Positions 59,864-64,000 of a stretch of 64,000 nt of DNA are shown here, in pieces; position 1 is the first letter of the stretch; every line of letters begins with the position of its first letter. The notes beneath the pieces are model-generated. The model saw nothing but the letters and a program-made list of their open reading frames with translations. It was not told the origin of the DNA and made no database searches. The DNA is from Porphyridium purpureum (taxonomy: Eukaryota), in NCBI GenBank assembly GCA_008690995.1, contig VRMN01000003.1, positions 124,001 through 188,000 of the forward strand, in the 5' to 3' direction. The position numbers and the translations under genes were made by a program.

Positions 59864-62281
59864 TTAGAGCGCCATGCTGGCGCGTCGCCGTGCGCGTTGC
59901 GAAAAGGTGGGTGCGGCCTTGGCAGCGGAAGAAGGCGCCGACGCGGCTGACGACACTGCGCGTGAGACATCCTCCTGGTCGCGGGGAGAGCTCATGCAGC
60001 TCGAGATGTCCGCAAGCGACGAGCGCGGCGGGTAGTCGTGGCGCTCGCATGGCTTCGCAACAGGTCGGTGCTGCTCGGCTGCATTGTCGGCCGGTCGTGT
60101 GTTCTGGTGATCCACACTGCTGCACTCGTCCTCTCCCTTGGTGGACCCTTCGCCTTGCGCGACCTCAAACTCGAACAGCCGGCACACGAGATCCTTCTTC
60201 AGGCCTGAAGAATCTATGCCATGCGACTTGAGAGCACTCCTCAGTTGCAGCACCTTCATGGATGAAAGTTCCGTCATCTTTCGCTCCTTTGCAGCAGAGG
60301 AGATTGTAACAACGCCCGCGTCTCCATGAGCGGCTTCTTCAGCCTGAGGCTCGTTGGTCTCTGTACCATCTCCGCTTGACGCATCTTGCTTTTCCAACGG
60401 TGGTGATGGGCTCTGGTCAAAGTCGATGGTTCTGGAAGCTACACACCCGTCGCGCTTGACCGACGCTTCCACGGCGCGTTCAACGAGCGCGGCCTTCTTG
60501 CCCACAGTGGAGAGCGACAACTCCTTCAGAAAGAGACGAAGCTCGGCGACTTTCATAGTCGACATTTCCGCACGCACCTTGGTGGACGGGCAGTGCGAAT
60601 CGGAGGATTCCCGAGCTGCAATCGTCGGTGTCGACTCTCCTGCATTCATCTCCGGCGGGTGAAGCGGCTCGCCTCCTTCTCGCAGGGTTCCTTCATTCAT
60701 GGTCTCCTCTGCACATGCAGCAGAGATAGGTTGCTCGTCGTTCTCTTTTGTTTCGTCTCCGCGTGAATCCTCACTCATGGTCATGGTGCCCGGCTCCACG
60801 CCAAGAGTCGGCTCCTGCTCAGGTGCCTTGGTGGTCATACTGTCATCAGAAGTCTCTGAGGCAGATGGCGAAATGCTGCGAAACGAGCCGAACAGACCTT
60901 TCATGGGAGAAAACGCGCCGGAAATTCTTTCCAGCCGGGAGCGGGACGGTTCCGCTGCGGTTTGCACCGGAGGTGGCTGGAGCGGCGCAGACGACGACGG
61001 CTTCCCAGCGTTGCCTTCGGGTTGTTCCGAAAATAGGGATCGCCTCAAAGTAGGAAGCATACTCATCACGCGCGAGCGCACCTGCGACGCCCGTCCAGCC
61101 ACACGAACGCTCGCTGGTGAGTAGTGCGGCCCCTGTTCTAGCTCGAGCATGCTTGAAAAGGCGACTGATTTGCGCTTCGCCTGAGTGGCCAGGACAGCTG
61201 CGCAGTCTTTGTGCGTGCCGATCACCGCGGAGCCGCGCGCTCGAAGGCCAGAGCCCTTTTTCAAAAATGTATGTCTCTTCTCGATGCGGTCCACCGTCCG
61301 ATGCATCCAGGAAAAGGTCTGAGCCTTGTAAACACGCGGAACACTCCCAGGAGGGGCCGACGTCGGAGTGTCGCTGTTTCCATTCTCCATGAAATCGTCT
61401 GCGTTCGAGCCGTGCTCTGCAGCAGCCTTTCCGGAGGAAGCGGCGTCGCCACACTGCAAATCCGGCGTATGCAGCTCAGGTTTCTCCTTTGCAGCACGCT
61501 TTTCAGACTTTGTCGGTCGCTTAGAGCCTTTTGCCTGGCGTGGGTCCACAAAGGCCATGGAAGCCTGGAAAATATTCTGGGCATTCGCGCCAGGTACCTG
61601 CGCGCTCATGGAGGTTGCAGGCAAGGACAAGCGCCGAGGAGCGTCCTCGTGGTTCATCGCTGGCAAAGATCTCCTGCGCTCTGTTGCAGGAGCAGAAAGA
61701 CACGCACGAACACTTTTCAGAGCATCGAGCTCATCCGACACCAGCAGCGAATTGCGACGGCGCTCTGTGGACTTCGCCACGGTGTCCTCCGCAATATTGA
61801 GGGATGAGGCCTGCTCCACCGCAGGCTGAGCGTCCTTGGTCATGATTTCATGGGCCGACGTGAAGACAAAGCAGCGGTTTGAGATCCACAGCTTGTCGCC
61901 ATTTATGAGGGCTACTTCTTGCCCTGGTCCCAGAATATTCTCATTCACCGCCATGACAAGATCCTCACTCATGACCTTGATCCGCGCCGCTTTGGATGCT
62001 GGATCCACAGAAATCATCGCGTGCAATTTGGAAACATCCTTTCTACGAATCTGTACATCACAACGCTCATCGCGGCCAATAAGGCAGCAGGCCTCGTCCA
62101 GAATGAGAGAAGCACCTTTCTCTCCTGGGGGGTCAGTCCGCAGGACCGTGATCACTCCGTATACTGGGCCGTCAAATCTTTCCACCGCACGCTCTACTTT
62201 GGTGCCTAACTGCTGTTCATTCTTCTGGTTCGCTCTGCGCTTTCCGCGCAGAGCTTGTGAACGAGAAGCCTTGCCCACCAT
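59864..62281 (-). CDS. FHA + PP1-docking motif + two SAP domains (Ki-67-like architecture)
   Basis: FHA CLIGRDERCDVQI...VSKLH; KRKSVAF; SAP motifs MKVAELRLFL..LSTVGKKAALVER and MKVLQLRSAL..GLKKDLVCRL. Confidence 0.85.
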   Translation of the reverse strand: MVGKASRSQALRGKRRANQKNEQQLGTKVERAVERFDGPVYGVITVLRTDPPGEKGASLILDEACCLIGRDERCDVQIRRKDVSKLHAMISVDPASKAARIKVMSEDLVMAVNENILGPGQEVALINGDKLWISNRCFVFTSAHEIMTKDAQPAVEQASSLNIAEDTVAKSTERRRNSLLVSDELDALKSVRACLSAPATERRRSLPAMNHEDAPRRLSLPATSMSAQVPGANAQNIFQASMAFVDPRQAKGSKRPTKSEKRAAKEKPELHTPDLQCGDAASSGKAAAEHGSNADDFMENGNSDTPTSAPPGSVPRVYKAQTFSWMHRTVDRIEKRHTFLKKGSGLRARGSAVIGTHKDCAAVLATQAKRKSVAFSSMLELEQGPHYSPASVRVAGRASQVRSRVMSMLPTLRRSLFSEQPEGNAGKPSSSAPLQPPPVQTAAEPSRSRLERISGAFSPMKGLFGSFRSISPSASETSDDSMTTKAPEQEPTLGVEPGTMTMSEDSRGDETKENDEQPISAACAEETMNEGTLREGGEPLHPPEMNAGESTPTIAARESSDSHCPSTKVRAEMSTMKVAELRLFLKELSLSTVGKKAALVERAVEASVKRDGCVASRTIDFDQSPSPPLEKQDASSGDGTETNEPQAEEAAHGDAGVVTISSAAKERKMTELSSMKVLQLRSALKSHGIDSSGLKKDLVCRLFEFEVAQGEGSTKGEDECSSVDHQNTRPADNAAEQHRPVAKPCERHDYPPRSSLADISSCMSSPRDQEDVSRAVSSAASAPSSAAKAAPTFSQRARRRASMAL

Positions 62282-62835
62282 TGCGATCTGCTCGCGATGC
62301 AACTCAAAATCGTGGCTGGCGACCTCAAGCCTGGTCCAGTCCTTCTAGCGCTCAATACGGTATAGCACGAGGTACCCGATCCAAGCTGGTTTCCTCACCA
62401 AAGCAACACCCAAACTCGACACTCACGAGGACCACTCTCTCTTTTCACACCCTCTGCACCTTCCTGGCTGACCGACCTCACTCGCCTTCCTTATATCCTC
62501 TCCTTGCCCAGATTGCGCGTGGAGCAACCGGATCTAGTTCAAATGTCTTCATCGTCGTCTTCCACATGATGCAACAGCTAGCGCCGTGCGCCATACGCAC
62601 AAAGGACATCATCCAACTCGTGGTTTCATCGCAAAACACGCATCGACTCGTTGCAGTTTCGGTCCTTCTTGCCAGAGCGGCGCGTCCCACGTGTCCCATC
62701 TGGTGGTGTCCCGACTGGAGCCGTAACGGTCACTTCGCTGTACACTATCGCACTGCCACGCAGGCGTGTACAGCACTGGGGTACAGTTATGTATCGAGCC
62801 CACAACAGGAGGTACAGTGACAGCCTCGAGCGGTG

Positions 62836-64000
62836 ATGATTTCTGGCGAGGAGACGACGCAGGTGGGTGGTGGCATGGAGCAAGGGGCGCAAGGTGGGGA
62901 AGAAGGCCAAGGTGCTTGCATGGCGGGCTCATCTGCAGGGACGGGGAGTCGCGCAGGAAGCGGACGCCCAAAGGAAGAAGAAAAGTGCAATGAGCTGGTA
63001 GCCAGGTCGAAAAGAAGCGGCAGGGGAAAGACGCGGGAGCCTGAAGAAGCGGCGCAGAAGAGAGGTCCAGAGATGAGCGCCCGCGGAGAGTCAGATCTTG
63101 AACATGAAGGGAACGGAGGTTCTGGTAGGCTAGGAAGGACAGTAGTTGGCTCATCCCGGAAGGTTACTCGGTCGCACGGTGACAGTGGCTCGGAAGCTCG
63201 TGGATCGCGTAAGAGGCGTCGTTCTGAGCGCGAAAATGAGCGCAGAAGGTCCACGAACCGTCACAGGAGGGACTCAGCCAAGAATCGCAGCAAAGAGGCA
63301 GATTCGGATTCTGAAGCCCAGTCCCAGTCCCAGTCCCAGTCCCAGTCGCAATCAACGCAGTCCGAATCTGAATCGAGGTCGCGGTCCGACTCAGTGTCAG
63401 ACTCGGAATCTGAGTCAGAAGCAGGCTCACGCACGCGTCGGCGAAGAGCAAGAGCGCAGTCGCACTCTAGCACCGGCACATCTGCTGCCCATTCACGAGC
63501 AAATGATCTTGCAGCGCGCACGAAGCGGGAGCGGGAGCACCGTAAGGGTGAACGACGCGAGGTGAAGCGATATTCATCTTCGGATTTGTCTCGAAGTGTC
63601 GGGGCTACGCGCCGCCGCCACCGCTCCCGTCGAGACCAAAATGCGCATTCCTCTGATTCGTCGCACGGTTCGAGTACTTCCTCGTCGTTTTCTTCCTCTT
63701 CCTCTCGTGCATCCTCCGCATCGGCGTCGGATGCATCTTCGCTCTCATCGCAATCGAGCTCGTACAGCTCTCGAGACCGTAGGAGAAGGAGGCGTTCGGA
63801 GAAACCTCAAAAGAGTTTCAAGCCGCTGTACGAAAAACGGCGCGCGACATTTTGGCACGTGCGGCAGTCGCCGTACGGGTTCCCGCTTCCATCACCTGAT
63901 GCTGTTGCGGAAGGTGCAGGAGTGCGAACGCCGCTGTCGCGCTTGGATAAATTTGATTCTCGGTACGATGATACACCAAGACTTCCGTTGAAGGAAGCAA
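62836..64000 (+). CDS. Partial Arg/Ser-rich protein running off the window end; possibly a splicing factor
   Basis: Manually translated frame is open from ATG 62836 to 64000 (not in the ORF track); RS/SE/SQ low complexity; FWHV..PYGF loosely resembles the U2AF65 WDVPPPGF linker. Confidence 0.65.
   Translation, partial: MISGEETTQVGGGMEQGAQGGEEGQGACMAGSSAGTGSRAGSGRPKEEEKCNELVARSKRSGRGKTREPEEAAQKRGPEMSARGESDLEHEGNGGSGRLGRTVVGSSRKVTRSHGDSGSEARGSRKRRRSERENERRRSTNRHRRDSAKNRSKEADSDSEAQSQSQSQSQSQSTQSESESRSRSDSVSDSESESEAGSRTRRRRARAQSHSSTGTSAAHSRANDLAARTKREREHRKGERREVKRYSSSDLSRSVGATRRRHRSRRDQNAHSSDSSHGSSTSSSFSSSSSRASSASASDASSLSSQSSSYSSRDRRRRRRSEKPQKSFKPLYEKRRATFWHVRQSPYGFPLPSPDAVAEGAGVRTPLSRLDKFDSRYDDTPRLPLKEA

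Noticed and set aside
53635..62281. Two FHA proteins flanking UBC12 and a kinase as a functional cluster
   Set aside because: The FHA domains are dissimilar and nothing suggests more than chance adjacency

Overview
Gene-dense, GC-rich, nearly intron-free eukaryotic nuclear DNA. A plastid-targeted GapA, MAAFV/MAFV-type transit peptides and starch-binding modules without obvious transit peptides suggest a unicellular red alga (Porphyridium-like; this is an inference). About 30 protein-coding genes are supported. Housekeeping genes include gapA, purD, RPL29 (missed by the ORF track), UBC12, BAG6-like, TUG/PUX1-like UBX, a syntaxin, MCU, a PPR protein, an OPR-like protein and a CAMK-type kinase. 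The strongest candidate for an undescribed system is a head-to-head pair of divergent TALE homeobox genes (18262-21648). One is KNOX-like, the other PBX/BELL-like with a PBC-type motif, and they sit next to a decayed Ty3/gypsy chromovirus relic. This layout resembles a homeodomain mating-type or life-cycle locus. Other notable items: a Ki-67-like FHA/RVxF/SAP protein, a bacterial-type soluble transhydrogenase with a targeting peptide and no active-site Cys, a YggS/PLPBP-like pseudoenzyme, a RING plus Rho-like pseudo-GTPase, a methyltransferase-CBM20 fusion, a triple-CBM48 protein, a fucosyltransferase-like protein with an internal duplication, a Rid-Rid fusion, tandem secreted CHRD proteins and a 156-bp coding tandem repeat. 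No rRNA, tRNA or CRISPR array was seen. All family calls come from motif recognition by eye, not from database searches.
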